Positions 21,259 through 30,929 of a stretch of DNA of 64,000 nt are shown in pieces. Where the stretch lies: IMG/VR virus record IMGVR_UViG_3300033553_000790; one strand, given 5' to 3'. This DNA is from an uncultured virus (IMG/VR IMGVR_UViG_3300033553_000790). Taxonomy: Duplodnaviria > Heunggongvirae > Uroviricota > Caudoviricetes. Numbering within the stretch: the first letter of the stretch is position 1; every line of letters begins with the position of its first letter. The position numbers and the translations under genes are program-made. The notes beneath the pieces are model-generated. The model saw only the letters and a list, made by a program, of their open reading frames with translations, made no database searches and was not told the DNA's origin.

Positions 21259-21281
21259 CATTAGTATTACGTTAGATAAAA

Positions 21282-21533
21282 ATGAAATACAGTAAAGATA
21301 ACTTTGGAGAAGCAATGGAATACAACTACGTTCAGCTGGACAAACCTGTCGATGGAACCTGCAAAGCATACTACTTCTTAGATGACGAAACCACAATGCC
21401 AGGTGGCCATGTAGTGAAGACTGTTATTCTCAAAGATGTAACTGAAGCTAAGCTTAGTTTGGGAAAATGGGATAGTGAAGTAGAAAGCTACATTTACGAG
21501 GCTCCTTTCCCAGAATGGATAACAAAACCCTAA
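21282..21533 (+). CDS. hypothetical protein, possibly leaderless
   Basis: ATG 6 nt after CGTTAG motif, no SD. Confidence 0.55.
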   Translation: MKYSKDNFGEAMEYNYVQLDKPVDGTCKAYYFLDDETTMPGGHVVKTVILKDVTEAKLSLGKWDSEVESYIYEAPFPEWITKP

Positions 21534-21714
21534 CAGAACGGCATATAAGATACTTTATATTGTTGAAGGGGAAGCGGATTATGTCTGAATTCTGATAACA
21601 AAAACTCAGAACAACGGGTTAACTGTCCGATAGAATTACTTACATTGAAAGAAAACCAAAAAAATAAATGTTTAATTTTAGACACCCTAAAATAAGAAGA
21701 AGGCGGAGTAAAGC

Positions 21715-23943
21715 ATGGTAGAGAAAACAGTAAATAATAGTAAAACACCTGGTAAAGACGAGACATCGCTGAAGACAACTGCTATGTTGCTTCAGAAGCA
21801 CCCTAATGATGGCGAAGGCGTAAACCCTGGTAATAAGCTAGATTACACTGAACTCAACTCGCTTCTTAACTTCTATGGACCTGATAAAACTATTCAGTTC
21901 GACAAAGACAAAGAAGCTGCGCGTAGATACTTCTTAGATCATGTTAACCCCAACACTGTTTACTTCTCAAACCTTGAAGAGAAACTTGCTCACCTCATCG
22001 AAAATGATTATTATGAGACTGAGTTCTTAGATAAGTATGATTTCAAATTCATTAAAAGCCTCTACCACCGCGCCTATAATAAGAAATTCCGTTTCAAAAC
22101 TTTCGTTGGTGCTCTCAAATTCTACAACCAGTATGCCCTTAAAAGCTTTGATGGTAAATCATACTTAGAGCGTTATGAAGACAGGTGTGTAACTGTAGCG
22201 CTTTTCCTAGGTGACGGTTCCGAGGAGCAAGCAACCCAACTGTTAGATGAAATAGTCGCTGGGCGTTTCCAACCGGCAACCCCAACTTACTTGAATGCCG
22301 GAAGAAAACAACGCGGCGAGCTAGTCTCATGCTTCCTGGTGCGAACAGAAGATTCAATGGAAAGTATCTCACGCACAATTAACGCTTCCTTACAGCTCAG
22401 CAAAAGAGGCGGAGGAGTTGGTATACTCCTAACTAACTTAAGAGAAGAAGGCGCACCTATCAAAAAGATAGAAGGCCAGTCCTCCGGGGTTATCCCAGTT
22501 ATGAAACTCCTCGAAGACAGCTTCTCATACGCTAACCAGATGGGCGCAAGAAACGGCTCCGGCGTAGCGTACCTCTCCGTTCACCACCCCGATATTCTAA
22601 AATTCTTAGACACCAAAAGGGAGAACGCTGACGAGAAAATAAGGATCAAAACACTATCATTAGGTATAGTCGTTACTGATGCCATGTTCCAAGCAGCTAA
22701 AGAGAACAAAAACATGTACCTCTTCTCCCCTTATGACGTTGAGAGAAAATATGGTAAAGCCATGTCTGACATCTCTATAACTGAAAAATATGAAGAGCTA
22801 TGTAACTCTTCGGATGTCAAGAAAACCCCAATCAACGCGAGGGAGCTATTCCAAAGGATAGCAGAAGTTCAGATACAGTCAGGGTACCCTTACATGGTTT
22901 TCGAAGATACTGTTAACCGAGCTAACCCTATTCAAGGTAGAATTAACATGTCTAACTTGTGTTCTGAAATTCTACAAGTCAACTCCCCAAGTGAATACAA
23001 AGAGGACCTCAGTTACAAAACAATTGGTAACGACATATCCTGTAACCTGGGTTCCCTGAACATTGCTCAAACAATGAGAGGCGGGGACTTAGAGAAAACA
23101 GTGGATGCTTCCATAAGGGCTTTAACTGTTGTTTCTGACTTCTCAAACATCAACTCAGTACCATCTATCCGAAAAGGTAACGACGATACGCACGCCGTTG
23201 GCCTAGGTGCCATGAACCTACACGGATGGCTTGCGGACCAGAAAATACATTATGGGTCAGAAGAATCTATAGACTTCGTTAGCTCGTATTTCGCGGCGGT
23301 TGCCTACTACACTATCAAAGCTTCAAACCAGATAGCTAAAGAGAAAGACAAAACGTTCCGTGGCTTCAAGAACAGTAAATATGCTACTGGAGAGTTCTTC
23401 GATAAATACACCTCCAGGTCATGGAAACCTCAGACTGATGAGGTGAAAGAAATGTTCAAGAACTATAAAATTAAGCTACCTACAATTAAAGACTGGGAAG
23501 AGCTCAAGAACAGTGTTATGGAATTCGGTATGTATCACGCATACTTAAGAGCAGTAGCACCCACAGGAAGCATCTCATATGCTAACAACTCAACCAGCTC
23601 CATACACCCAATCACTTCAAGAGTTGAAATAAGAAAAGAAGGCCGCATGGGTCGCGTCTACTTCCCAGCTCCGGAAATGACTAACGAGAATGTGGAATAC
23701 TTCGACAGTGCCTACAACATCGGGTACGAAAAACTCATAGATGTTTACGCAGCAGCTACAGAGCACACAGACCAAGGTTTGTCTTGTACTTTGTTCTTCA
23801 AAGAAGGTGTAACTACACGTGACCTTAACAAAGCTCAAAACTACGCTTTCAAAAAGGGTATAAAAACGCTGTACTACATCCGCCAGGAAGCTAACTCAAT
23901 AGCAGGTACCGACACAACCGAATGTGTTTCCTGCTCGATCTAA
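21715..23943 (+). CDS. nrdE: class Ib ribonucleotide reductase alpha subunit
   Basis: [43 protein letters not shown]-terminal CVSC. Confidence 0.97.
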   Translation: MVEKTVNNSKTPGKDETSLKTTAMLLQKHPNDGEGVNPGNKLDYTELNSLLNFYGPDKTIQFDKDKEAARRYFLDHVNPNTVYFSNLEEKLAHLIENDYYETEFLDKYDFKFIKSLYHRAYNKKFRFKTFVGALKFYNQYALKSFDGKSYLERYEDRCVTVALFLGDGSEEQATQLLDEIVAGRFQPATPTYLNAGRKQRGELVSCFLVRTEDSMESISRTINASLQLSKRGGGVGILLTNLREEGAPIKKIEGQSSGVIPVMKLLEDSFSYANQMGARNGSGVAYLSVHHPDILKFLDTKRENADEKIRIKTLSLGIVVTDAMFQAAKENKNMYLFSPYDVERKYGKAMSDISITEKYEELCNSSDVKKTPINARELFQRIAEVQIQSGYPYMVFEDTVNRANPIQGRINMSNLCSEILQVNSPSEYKEDLSYKTIGNDISCNLGSLNIAQTMRGGDLEKTVDASIRALTVVSDFSNINSVPSIRKGNDDTHAVGLGAMNLHGWLADQKIHYGSEESIDFVSSYFAAVAYYTIKASNQIAKEKDKTFRGFKNSKYATGEFFDKYTSRSWKPQTDEVKEMFKNYKIKLPTIKDWEELKNSVMEFGMYHAYLRAVAPTGSISYANNSTSSIHPITSRVEIRKEGRMGRVYFPAPEMTNENVEYFDSAYNIGYEKLIDVYAAATEHTDQGLSCTLFFKEGVTTRDLNKAQNYAFKKGIKTLYYIRQEANSIAGTDTTECVSCSI

Positions 23944-24004
23944 AAACATCTTATAACATCTGTTAGGACAAGCAATATGAAATCTACCATTTGGAGATAA
24001 AAGT

Positions 24005-24568
24005 ATGCTTACGACTCAAGAGGAACGGCGCTTACTTGCTTTGAAAGCTGAAGAGGATATTTTTTCTTTCCTGAAATATAATCTTAATGGTAAATACGAT
24101 GTTCAGCTTAAACCGAAACTCGCGCATCAGGATGCAGATGGCGGAAGTTCTAAACAAGTAGATGAGTTTTGTGATATACTGGTGCTTGATAACAACAAAG
24201 CTTACGCTATTGAAGTTAAACGTTGTTTCAGTGAAAAAGAAAACATCTCCGACTGGACGAAGAAACACATAAGGGAAGCTAAAAGGCAGACCTACATCTC
24301 GATAAAAAAGATACACCCTAATTCCAAAGCAGCTGAAGACTTCGGAGGAGAAGGTAGTAAATACGATTGGTATTTGGTAGTTGTTCTTGTTCTAGACGAA
24401 TCGAGAGTGTCTGAGCGCGACAACTCCGTGAAAGAAGTTGCACATAAAAGAGTATTAGAAGAAGAGAATTTTTTTGTTGACACTAAGGTTCTTTTAATGT
24501 CCGAAGTGTTATCCCGTGGTTTTTCAGATATGAGCACAGTTATGAATATGGACGCTCTTCTGTCTTAA
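24005..24568 (+). CDS. PD-(D/E)xK nuclease-like protein
   Basis: AEE...CDILV...AIEVKR. Confidence 0.5.
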   Translation: MLTTQEERRLLALKAEEDIFSFLKYNLNGKYDVQLKPKLAHQDADGGSSKQVDEFCDILVLDNNKAYAIEVKRCFSEKENISDWTKKHIREAKRQTYISIKKIHPNSKAAEDFGGEGSKYDWYLVVVLVLDESRVSERDNSVKEVAHKRVLEEENFFVDTKVLLMSEVLSRGFSDMSTVMNMDALLS

Positions 24569-24661
24569 TAGCCACACCGCATTATAAAGTATTGAATTAC
24601 GACCAAGCCTGACTAGGGTATTTACCAGCTCAGGTACAAAACAGCGTTATAAGGAGATAAA

Positions 24662-25120
24662 ATGAAACTATCAAAAATGTGGGGAGACCCTGAAGGGTAC
24701 CCTCTTGTTGAAGAATTCAGTTGTGATGGAGATAAAACCATAAAAGTTTATTCAACAAGAGATTATTTGATGAAAAGAGCTGGGCATATAAAACATGTTT
24801 GGATGTTTATAGGGGAAGAGCCGGTTGGGTATATGAAATTTTTCGACTCATCTAACATGACATACCCAGGTAAGAACGTAATATGCGATGTGGAAGTATC
24901 TGATAGACGCAGGGGCTCTAAACTATCTAGGGAGTTATACCGGAATGTTATGAAAAGCTATGGTCCGTTATGGAGAACAGGTATGAGGACAATAGCTATT
25001 GATAAAGCAACACAGGGGCTGGATATACAAACCATATACCCGGACCAGGAAAGACTAAAAGATGGGGATTACAGCTTCGTGATATGGGGCGAAGAGGTTA
25101 ACGTAAAGACACACGACTAA
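24662..25120 (+). CDS. putative GNAT-fold protein
   Basis: VGYMK...ICDVEVSDRRRGSKLSRELY resembles acetyl-CoA motif A. Confidence 0.45.
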   Translation: MKLSKMWGDPEGYPLVEEFSCDGDKTIKVYSTRDYLMKRAGHIKHVWMFIGEEPVGYMKFFDSSNMTYPGKNVICDVEVSDRRRGSKLSRELYRNVMKSYGPLWRTGMRTIAIDKATQGLDIQTIYPDQERLKDGDYSFVIWGEEVNVKTHD

Positions 25121-25122
25121 GG

Positions 25123-25527
25123 TTACAGATTACGGGAGAAGAAGCCTCCGCCAAAAGCGTCGAAAACTTTGATAAGGCGAGCAGTCTTGTTTCGAAGAAC
25201 CTCATTTTCAGCGCCACCAGATATTACATAAACGACATCTGAGATTTCTTTTAACGCAAAGTCGTTACGTCCAGGAGCTTCATCGAACAGTTCAACAATT
25301 GCTTCCCTGAGTATCCCATGAACCATATGAAACTGTTCGTTATAATCTATACCTAAAGGTATCTCACCATGTTCAATGAGGCGGTTGACCACTACTTTAT
25401 TAACGTTCACTAAGTTAGCTTTAACTAAAGCATGTGTTCTTAAAGCCCTGTCCCACTTTAGTTCCAAACCGTTGTTATTCAATATGTGAGGAGCCGGGGT
25501 GTATAGAATAACCATTTTATCTGCCAT
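25123..25527 (-). CDS. hypothetical protein
   Basis: 134 aa ORF with AGGAG. Confidence 0.55.
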   Translation of the reverse strand: MADKMVILYTPAPHILNNNGLELKWDRALRTHALVKANLVNVNKVVVNRLIEHGEIPLGIDYNEQFHMVHGILREAIVELFDEAPGRNDFALKEISDVVYVISGGAENEVLRNKTARLIKVFDAFGGGFFSRNL

Positions 25528-25591
25528 GTTCTATTTTACTCTCCTAGCGTGACTATACGTTAGTGAATACCCTATCACATAACCCAAACTA

Positions 25592-26233
25592 ATGTCAAGA
25601 AGGATACTAATAACAATGATTACAATCATATCAGGTAAAGCTAAAGGTCAAAAAGTTGATTTCTTCACTAGCGACCAGCACATAGGCCACGCTAACATTG
25701 CGCGTTTAGCTAACAGACCATTCAACAATGATTACTCAACCGATAAGATGGATAACACAATTATTGATTTATGGAATAGTGTAGCCTCTCAGGGTGACAC
25801 CGTACTAGTACTTGGGGATGTAGCTCTCGGCTCTATAGAAGTTTCTCTAAACAAATGGAAGCGGATGCTAGGAAGGAAGCTCCTTATTCCAGGTAACCAC
25901 GATAGGGTTTCCAGTCTCGAATCTCAATCACGTCAGTCAAGGTTCCGCCCCATGTATGAGGATGCTGGCTTCACAATACTTGACGAGATTGTAGAGTTAG
26001 AATCCAACGGAACTAAGTTCTTAGCTTCCCATTACCCTTACTTTGGCGACAGTCAAGGTTCCGATAGGTTCAAAAATATGAGACCACAAGATAATGGGCT
26101 TCCGCTAGTTCATGGACACACGCACTCATCGGAGGCGTTCAGGTCTAATGATCGGAAACATTTCCATGTTGGCGTGGACGCACATAATTTTAGACCTGTT
26201 TCAGCTCAAACAATTGAGCAGTGGTTAAGATAG
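25592..26233 (+). CDS. calcineurin-like metallophosphoesterase
   Basis: SDQHIGH, LGDV, GNHD, SHYP, HGHTH, VGVD. Confidence 0.88.
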   Translation: MSRRILITMITIISGKAKGQKVDFFTSDQHIGHANIARLANRPFNNDYSTDKMDNTIIDLWNSVASQGDTVLVLGDVALGSIEVSLNKWKRMLGRKLLIPGNHDRVSSLESQSRQSRFRPMYEDAGFTILDEIVELESNGTKFLASHYPYFGDSQGSDRFKNMRPQDNGLPLVHGHTHSSEAFRSNDRKHFHVGVDAHNFRPVSAQTIEQWLR

Positions 26234-26234
26234 G

Positions 26235-26438
26235 TTAGCTAAGGTTGTAGCTGCTGAACATTCCATTGTTTTTCTCAACAGACCGTAGGACAGCTGCAAC
26301 AATCTCATCATGGTTATCCCGCCCGAACTTGCTTACTAAATCATCATGATCGGATGGAGAAACGTTATATTTTTTGTAAGCAGCTCGCTGTTTGTAAGTT
26401 AACTCGCCGTACCATTCATCATAAACCATTTTAGCCAT
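26235..26438 (-). CDS. hypothetical protein
   Basis: short ORF with GAGGAG RBS. Confidence 0.55.
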   Translation of the reverse strand: MAKMVYDEWYGELTYKQRAAYKKYNVSPSDHDDLVSKFGRDNHDEIVAAVLRSVEKNNGMFSSYNLS

Positions 26439-26452
26439 TATTTTCTCCTCAT

Positions 26453-26989
26453 CTAATTTTTACTTGATGCGTTATTGCTTATGTACTGCTCTATCGAAGA
26501 CATGTGGTTTTTGTTCAAACCCCATTGGGAGTCAGGCGTTATAATAAGATTATCATAGTTAAAATCTTCAGGGCGGTAAAGAACCGTAGCTTCATCCTCT
26601 AACCAAACAAGAGGCCTATCTTTAGCTAGTTTTTTCACCATAGAGTACTTACTTGAAAAATTTTGCTTATAGTACTCTTCATCTGTTTTAGCTTGGGAAA
26701 CATCCCACGATATGTAACCATCTGATTGTGCTTGTAGAACATCTGACAGCTGATCTGTACAGGATTCCCACGTTGACAACCATAACCATTCAAAATCAAA
26801 TTTTGTTTTTAAGTTATTCAACCTGTAGATAGCTTCAGCTGACCAGTCTATTTTATATCCGATACCCCTACAATAAGAAACTCCTTTACAGATACGGCTC
26901 AAAGCATCCGGGTTCTTAGAATATTGCGAACGGGACGCATCAAAATTAAAGACACCATCGAAGTCTGTTGCTAATAGTAGTTTACTCAT
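26453..26989 (-). CDS. HAD-family phosphatase (RNA-repair-associated type)
   Basis: DFDGV, WLSTW, VWLEDE, GL. Confidence 0.75.
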   Translation of the reverse strand: MSKLLLATDFDGVFNFDASRSQYSKNPDALSRICKGVSYCRGIGYKIDWSAEAIYRLNNLKTKFDFEWLWLSTWESCTDQLSDVLQAQSDGYISWDVSQAKTDEEYYKQNFSSKYSMVKKLAKDRPLVWLEDEATVLYRPEDFNYDNLIITPDSQWGLNKNHMSSIEQYISNNASSKN

Positions 26990-27011
26990 TATATTTTAAG
27001 TTCCGTTCCTT

Positions 27012-27236
27012 TTAAGATTCTTCTTGGTTAACAATGTGACCTACAGCTTCACCTAAAGAACTAGCAGAGTAGAGGCTACGACTGAGGTCTGTGGGCATGC
27101 GGACACTCCATACACCTGCGCTCTCCCTGAAGATATGGTATTCAATAACGTAGGTTCCTTTTCTCATAACTGTGACAGTCCATATGTTTTTGGACTCAGA
27201 ATGTGACTGGCTTACTGTATATTGTTGATCTGCCAT
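27012..27236 (-). CDS. hypothetical protein
   Basis: AGGAG RBS. Confidence 0.55.
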   Translation of the reverse strand: MADQQYTVSQSHSESKNIWTVTVMRKGTYVIEYHIFRESAGVWSVRMPTDLSRSLYSASSLGEAVGHIVNQEES

Positions 27237-27360
27237 AGTGGTCTCCTAACTAGTTATTTTCGTTATGTTGTTTATCCTAACGAATGTTTAATGCTACTAT
27301 CCCCCGTTAGAGTAAAAACATTATTATAGCACAGTTCACCGAAGCGGAGGTCTAATCAGT

Positions 27361-27690
27361 ATGTCTGAAGAAACAATGATTTTTACGGAAAATAAATATA
27401 AAGCTTTCATGGAGTTTATGAAATATTTAGATAACATGGACTTTTCAACACCCACAACTGAAGAAGAGGATCGGGCTTTACATGATAAAATAATCGCTAC
27501 ACTCTACACTCTAGTAAGCACCCTTAAAGATGTAGCTGATAAAAAAGACGGACATGTACCAGTTAAACCCTATGAAGATGCTGTTAAGCTTATAAGGATA
27601 GTTGCCCAGAACTTAGACATGGACACCCCTGAGGATAACGAAGCTTTAGAGGAAAACTACAAAAGAACTTTAGCTACTTTAGAAGGCTAA
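27361..27690 (+). CDS. hypothetical protein
   Basis: GGAGG RBS. Confidence 0.55.
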   Translation: MSEETMIFTENKYKAFMEFMKYLDNMDFSTPTTEEEDRALHDKIIATLYTLVSTLKDVADKKDGHVPVKPYEDAVKLIRIVAQNLDMDTPEDNEALEENYKRTLATLEG

Positions 27691-28105
27691 GAGCTGCTGC
27701 TGCTTCTTTAGCTTTCGTTTCCCAACCGGTGTCGAACGCCTCTCTGCGTAAAGAGTTCTTTGGCTTATTTGAATCACCGATTTCAGGTTGGAAGGTAAAA
27801 CTTCTCCAGAAAGCTTTCTCCGATGTGTACGGCCCGGTTAGGGCTACTTTACTGGCGTTGAACTCATTACCCCATGGTTCTAATATACTCGATAGGCTAG
27901 CATCTTCTCGACGCCCATAAGCGTCAATCGCTATGTTCTCTTTCTTATCTTTAATGAAATAATGGTCAACGTATTTCCGGTTTCTATCCTGCTTCAGGCC
28001 GTATATAATAAACCGTTTAGGGTCTAACTTATGTACATATAACGCCAGCTCAAAACAGTAACCATGAGTGTACTCTTCAATTAACTCTGATTTATCATTA
28101 TGCAT
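27674..28105 (-). CDS. hypothetical protein (C...H...D pattern)
   Basis: YTHGYCFELA, DHYF, IDAYG. Confidence 0.55.
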   Translation of the reverse strand: MHNDKSELIEEYTHGYCFELALYVHKLDPKRFIIYGLKQDRNRKYVDHYFIKDKKENIAIDAYGRREDASLSSILEPWGNEFNASKVALTGPYTSEKAFWRSFTFQPEIGDSNKPKNSLRREAFDTGWETKAKEAAAALSLLK

Positions 28106-28176
28106 GATGGTATCATATCAGATAAGTTATATGTTAGAATATTTATAACACGAATTTGGTGTAAGGAGCCGGAATT

Positions 28177-28542
28177 ATGAGTTACTTTTACCATTTAGCA
28201 AAGGACATTAACACAGAAGGGGCTGTCATCGCGACAACTCTTAATGCCGCAATCATAGGTCGCTTACACGAATATTTCGTACATAGCCTACATATTTGTG
28301 ATGATTTACCCATTAACGTAAAAGTTAAATTATCTTACCTTAAAGATGCTGTACCGGTGATTGATAAAGCCATAGCAGCTGATGACTTTAGCGGCTTACA
28401 TTGGCACCTCTCAGCTCTTTTCCCATTAGAGAAAGCACGATCTGAAGCTACAAAAGTTAAAGAATACATTAAATATCTGATGGAAACTTACTCTGAAGAT
28501 ACCATCTTCATCTATACCATAGATCGAAGAAGAATACGTTAA
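28177..28542 (+). CDS. hypothetical protein, paralog of 28753-29118
   Basis: LHEYFVH..HICDDLPI...DDFSGLHWH shared. Confidence 0.7.
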   Translation: MSYFYHLAKDINTEGAVIATTLNAAIIGRLHEYFVHSLHICDDLPINVKVKLSYLKDAVPVIDKAIAADDFSGLHWHLSALFPLEKARSEATKVKEYIKYLMETYSEDTIFIYTIDRRRIR

Positions 28543-28566
28543 CGACGAACTTCGAGAGCCGCTTCG

Positions 28567-28677
28567 AGCCATATATGATAGTAATTATTTAGGGTCTAAC
28601 TTGTGTACATATAAGACCATCTCGAAACAGTAGCCATGCGTGTACTCTTCAATTAGCTCTGATTCATCACTATGTAT
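28567..28677 (-). pseudogene. truncated duplicate of the 5' end of 27674-28105
   Basis: translates IHSDESELIEEYTHGYCFEMVLYVHKLDPK; start ATG changed to ATA. Confidence 0.75.
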
Positions 28678-28752
28678 GATAGTATTATAGTAGAACGTTA
28701 CGTTAGAATATCTTTTACACAAGAAACATTTTATTCAAGGAGCAGTAAACCA

Positions 28753-29118
28753 ATGTATTTTTATCACTCTTCAAAAGACCCCACAACCGAAGCTGTTACC
28801 ATGACCCAAATGGATGTTGACTTACTGGTTCATTTACATGAATATTTTGTGCATGCTATACATATTTGTGACGACTTGCCAATTGACATAGAAGTGAAAA
28901 TGTCTTACCTTAAAGATGTTTTACCGGTCATTGATGAAGCTATAGCTACTGATGACTTCAGCGGTTTACATTGGCACATCTCAAAGGTGTTCCCCATAGA
29001 GGAGGCACGGAGCGAAGCTAAAAATCTAAAAGCTTACATAACGATGATAATTAAAAGCTACCCTGCTGATACAACTTTTATTTATACAGTGGATTTAGAT
29101 GATGAGGAGGAATTATAA
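28753..29118 (+). CDS. hypothetical protein, paralog of 28177-28542
   Basis: AAGGAG RBS then ATG 28753; high similarity to upstream copy. Confidence 0.7.
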   Translation: MYFYHSSKDPTTEAVTMTQMDVDLLVHLHEYFVHAIHICDDLPIDIEVKMSYLKDVLPVIDEAIATDDFSGLHWHISKVFPIEEARSEAKNLKAYITMIIKSYPADTTFIYTVDLDDEEEL

Positions 29119-29120
29119 GG

Positions 29121-29861
29121 ATGAGTAACTTCGAAAGCCGGTTCAAAGCAAAAGAATCCCAATACCGTAACGTCCTTGAAAGAAGAAGCTTATATGCCAT
29201 TCGTGTAGATGGTAGGGCTTTCAAGAATTACACATCTAAGTTTGATAAGCCTTTTGACACTAAATTCATGGAAGGGATGAACCAAACATGTGTTGCTTTA
29301 TGTAACGAAGTTGCTGGAGCTATATTAGGTTACGTTCAGTCCGATGAGATAAGTGTGATCTTCTCCGACCTCAGTGGTGAGAAAACAGAAATGTGGTTTG
29401 GCGGCAAACAAGATAAAATTATTTCCATAGCCGCTTCAACAGCTACAGGGGCTTTAATAAACGCCTTAGGGTCAAACCCCACTCCAATGTTCGACGCTAG
29501 AATACTCAAATTAGATAACGTTAACGAAGCGGAAGACTATTTAGCTTGGCGCTCCGGAGATGCTTTCAAGAACGCCATTTCAATGGCAGCTAACAGTCGA
29601 TATTCCAGCAAACAACTAGATGGGATGAACACACCCCAAAGAATAAGCCTCCTCGAAAAGGAACAACCGAAACTATATGCCAGCCTACCTGAAGGCTTCA
29701 AACACGGAAGGCTAGCTATGAAAGAAGACTACAAAGGTATTGTTGAGTTCTTCCATAAAGGAGATCAGGAAAAGAAAGTAATTGAAGTCACTAAAACCAG
29801 ATGGAAAGTAGATAGTTTCAAAGTAAACAACGCATCTTCAGTGTTACAAATGTTCAAATAA
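29121..29861 (+). CDS. Thg1-like protein (tRNA-His guanylyltransferase / 3'-5' polymerase)
   Basis: IRVDGRAF, KPFD, YVQSDEIS, FDAR, WR..DA..N. Confidence 0.92.
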   Translation: MSNFESRFKAKESQYRNVLERRSLYAIRVDGRAFKNYTSKFDKPFDTKFMEGMNQTCVALCNEVAGAILGYVQSDEISVIFSDLSGEKTEMWFGGKQDKIISIAASTATGALINALGSNPTPMFDARILKLDNVNEAEDYLAWRSGDAFKNAISMAANSRYSSKQLDGMNTPQRISLLEKEQPKLYASLPEGFKHGRLAMKEDYKGIVEFFHKGDQEKKVIEVTKTRWKVDSFKVNNASSVLQMFK

Positions 29862-29864
29862 AAT

Positions 29865-29900
29865 TTGCCACCCAAAAAAATGTATGCTATGATACCGATA
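29865..29900 (+). promoter_or_regulatory. sigma70-like promoter plus CCGATA element upstream of tRNA
   Basis: TTGCCA (29865-70), 17 nt spacer, TGn-TATGAT (29888-93); CCGATA 29895-900. Confidence 0.65.
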
Positions 29901-29910
29901 TAAACATTAA

Positions 29911-29982
29911 GCCCTTATAGCTCAACGGCAGAGCAGAACATTCTAAACGTTATGGTTGTGGGTTCAAATCCCACTGAGGGCA
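29911..29982 (+). tRNA. tRNA with CUA anticodon (amber suppressor type)
   Basis: acceptor GCCCTTA/TGAGGGC, D arm GCTC/GAGC, loop TT-CTA-AA (anticodon 29943-45), T arm GTGGG-TTCAAAT-CCCAC, discriminator A, no encoded CCA; anticodon stem has two mismatches. Confidence 0.85.
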
Positions 29983-30006
29983 CGCAGAAGAAAAGAAGGT
30001 AACAAC

Positions 30007-30138
30007 ATGGAAAGAGCAAACACTTTCACCTAGGTTCTAATTAACGAACCACTATTTTCTGCACCATTTTTAGGACATACTGACTTATTGTTAGTGTGTC
30101 CTTTTTTAGTACCCAAAAACAAACGAAAGGAAAAATAA
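30007..30138 (+). CDS. putative leader peptide with internal amber codon (MERANTFT*VLINEP...KEK)
   Basis: AAGG RBS, ATG 30007, TAG 30031-33, open to TAA 30136-38 which overlaps the next ATG. Confidence 0.6.
30072..30107 (+). terminator. intrinsic terminator / attenuator inside the leader readthrough frame
   Basis: 13-bp stem AGGACATACTGAC / GTTAGTGTGTCCT (with G-U pairs), loop TTATT, T-run 30102-30107. Confidence 0.8.
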
Positions 30139-30509
30139 TGGAATCTAAAGAAGCACAGGAATTAGTTAAAAAGTATGAGGAATTCGCAGAGTTCATAGAG
30201 AACAGAGCATACGTGGTGTTCGATGCGGTATACCCTGATCGGCATTCAGATTACTTATCCTTCTTAGCTGTTGAAGGTAAAACAATCGTAATGGAAGAAA
30301 GTTACAGGGGAGAAACCGAGGGGCAGCGCTATTTCCCCATCGACACGTTCTTCATGAGCGATGAGCAGCTAAGTAAAAAGAAGGAGAGTAATTTAGCTGA
30401 TGTAGCAAAGAGGAAACTGGAAACTAAAGCTGCAGCAGAAAAGCAAAAAGAAACCAGGGAGCGGCAGTTACTAGAAGAGTTACAAAAGAAATACAACCCA
30501 ACCAACTAA
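30138..30509 (+). CDS. hypothetical protein, paralog of 30524-30913
   Basis: ATG 30138 after AAGGA; identical C-terminus RQLLEELQKKYNPTN. Confidence 0.7.
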   Translation: MESKEAQELVKKYEEFAEFIENRAYVVFDAVYPDRHSDYLSFLAVEGKTIVMEESYRGETEGQRYFPIDTFFMSDEQLSKKKESNLADVAKRKLETKAAAEKQKETRERQLLEELQKKYNPTN

Positions 30510-30523
30510 ACGAAGGAAAGAAA

Positions 30524-30913
30524 ATGAAACTATCGGAAGCACAAAAAGCCGTTGCACGGTATGAGGAGTTAACTGAGTTGATCGAAAGTAAAGCTCATAT
30601 GGTTTTCGATTCGCTTTACCCTAACCAACATCACAATTACTTCGAATTCGAATCCGTAGAGAATAACCAAGTCACACTAACGGAGAGATACAGGGATGAT
30701 CTCGAATATCATCACTTCCCTTTAGAGCTATTCTTCAGAAGTGATGAGCAACTCAAACAAGACAAGGAGGGCACCTTGGAAGCAATGAAACAAGCTAAGC
30801 TTAAAGCTAAAAAACTTGCTGAAGAAGCTAAAGCAAAAGCCGCGCAGCAAAAAGAAATCGAAGAGCGTCAGCTTTTAGAAGAGTTACAAAAGAAATACAA
30901 CCCAACCAACTAA
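30524..30913 (+). CDS. hypothetical protein, paralog of 30138-30509
   Basis: EAQ..V..YEE...VFD..YP...FP...FF.SDEQL shared. Confidence 0.7.
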   Translation: MKLSEAQKAVARYEELTELIESKAHMVFDSLYPNQHHNYFEFESVENNQVTLTERYRDDLEYHHFPLELFFRSDEQLKQDKEGTLEAMKQAKLKAKKLAEEAKAKAAQQKEIEERQLLEELQKKYNPTN

Positions 30914-30929
30914 ACAAAGGAAAAAGAAA

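Noticed and set aside
29911..29982. Pyrrolysine tRNA or tRNA-Arg(UCU)
   Set aside because: Arm lengths are canonical rather than Pyl-like and no pyl genes are seen. Centering UCU breaks the anticodon stem pairing.
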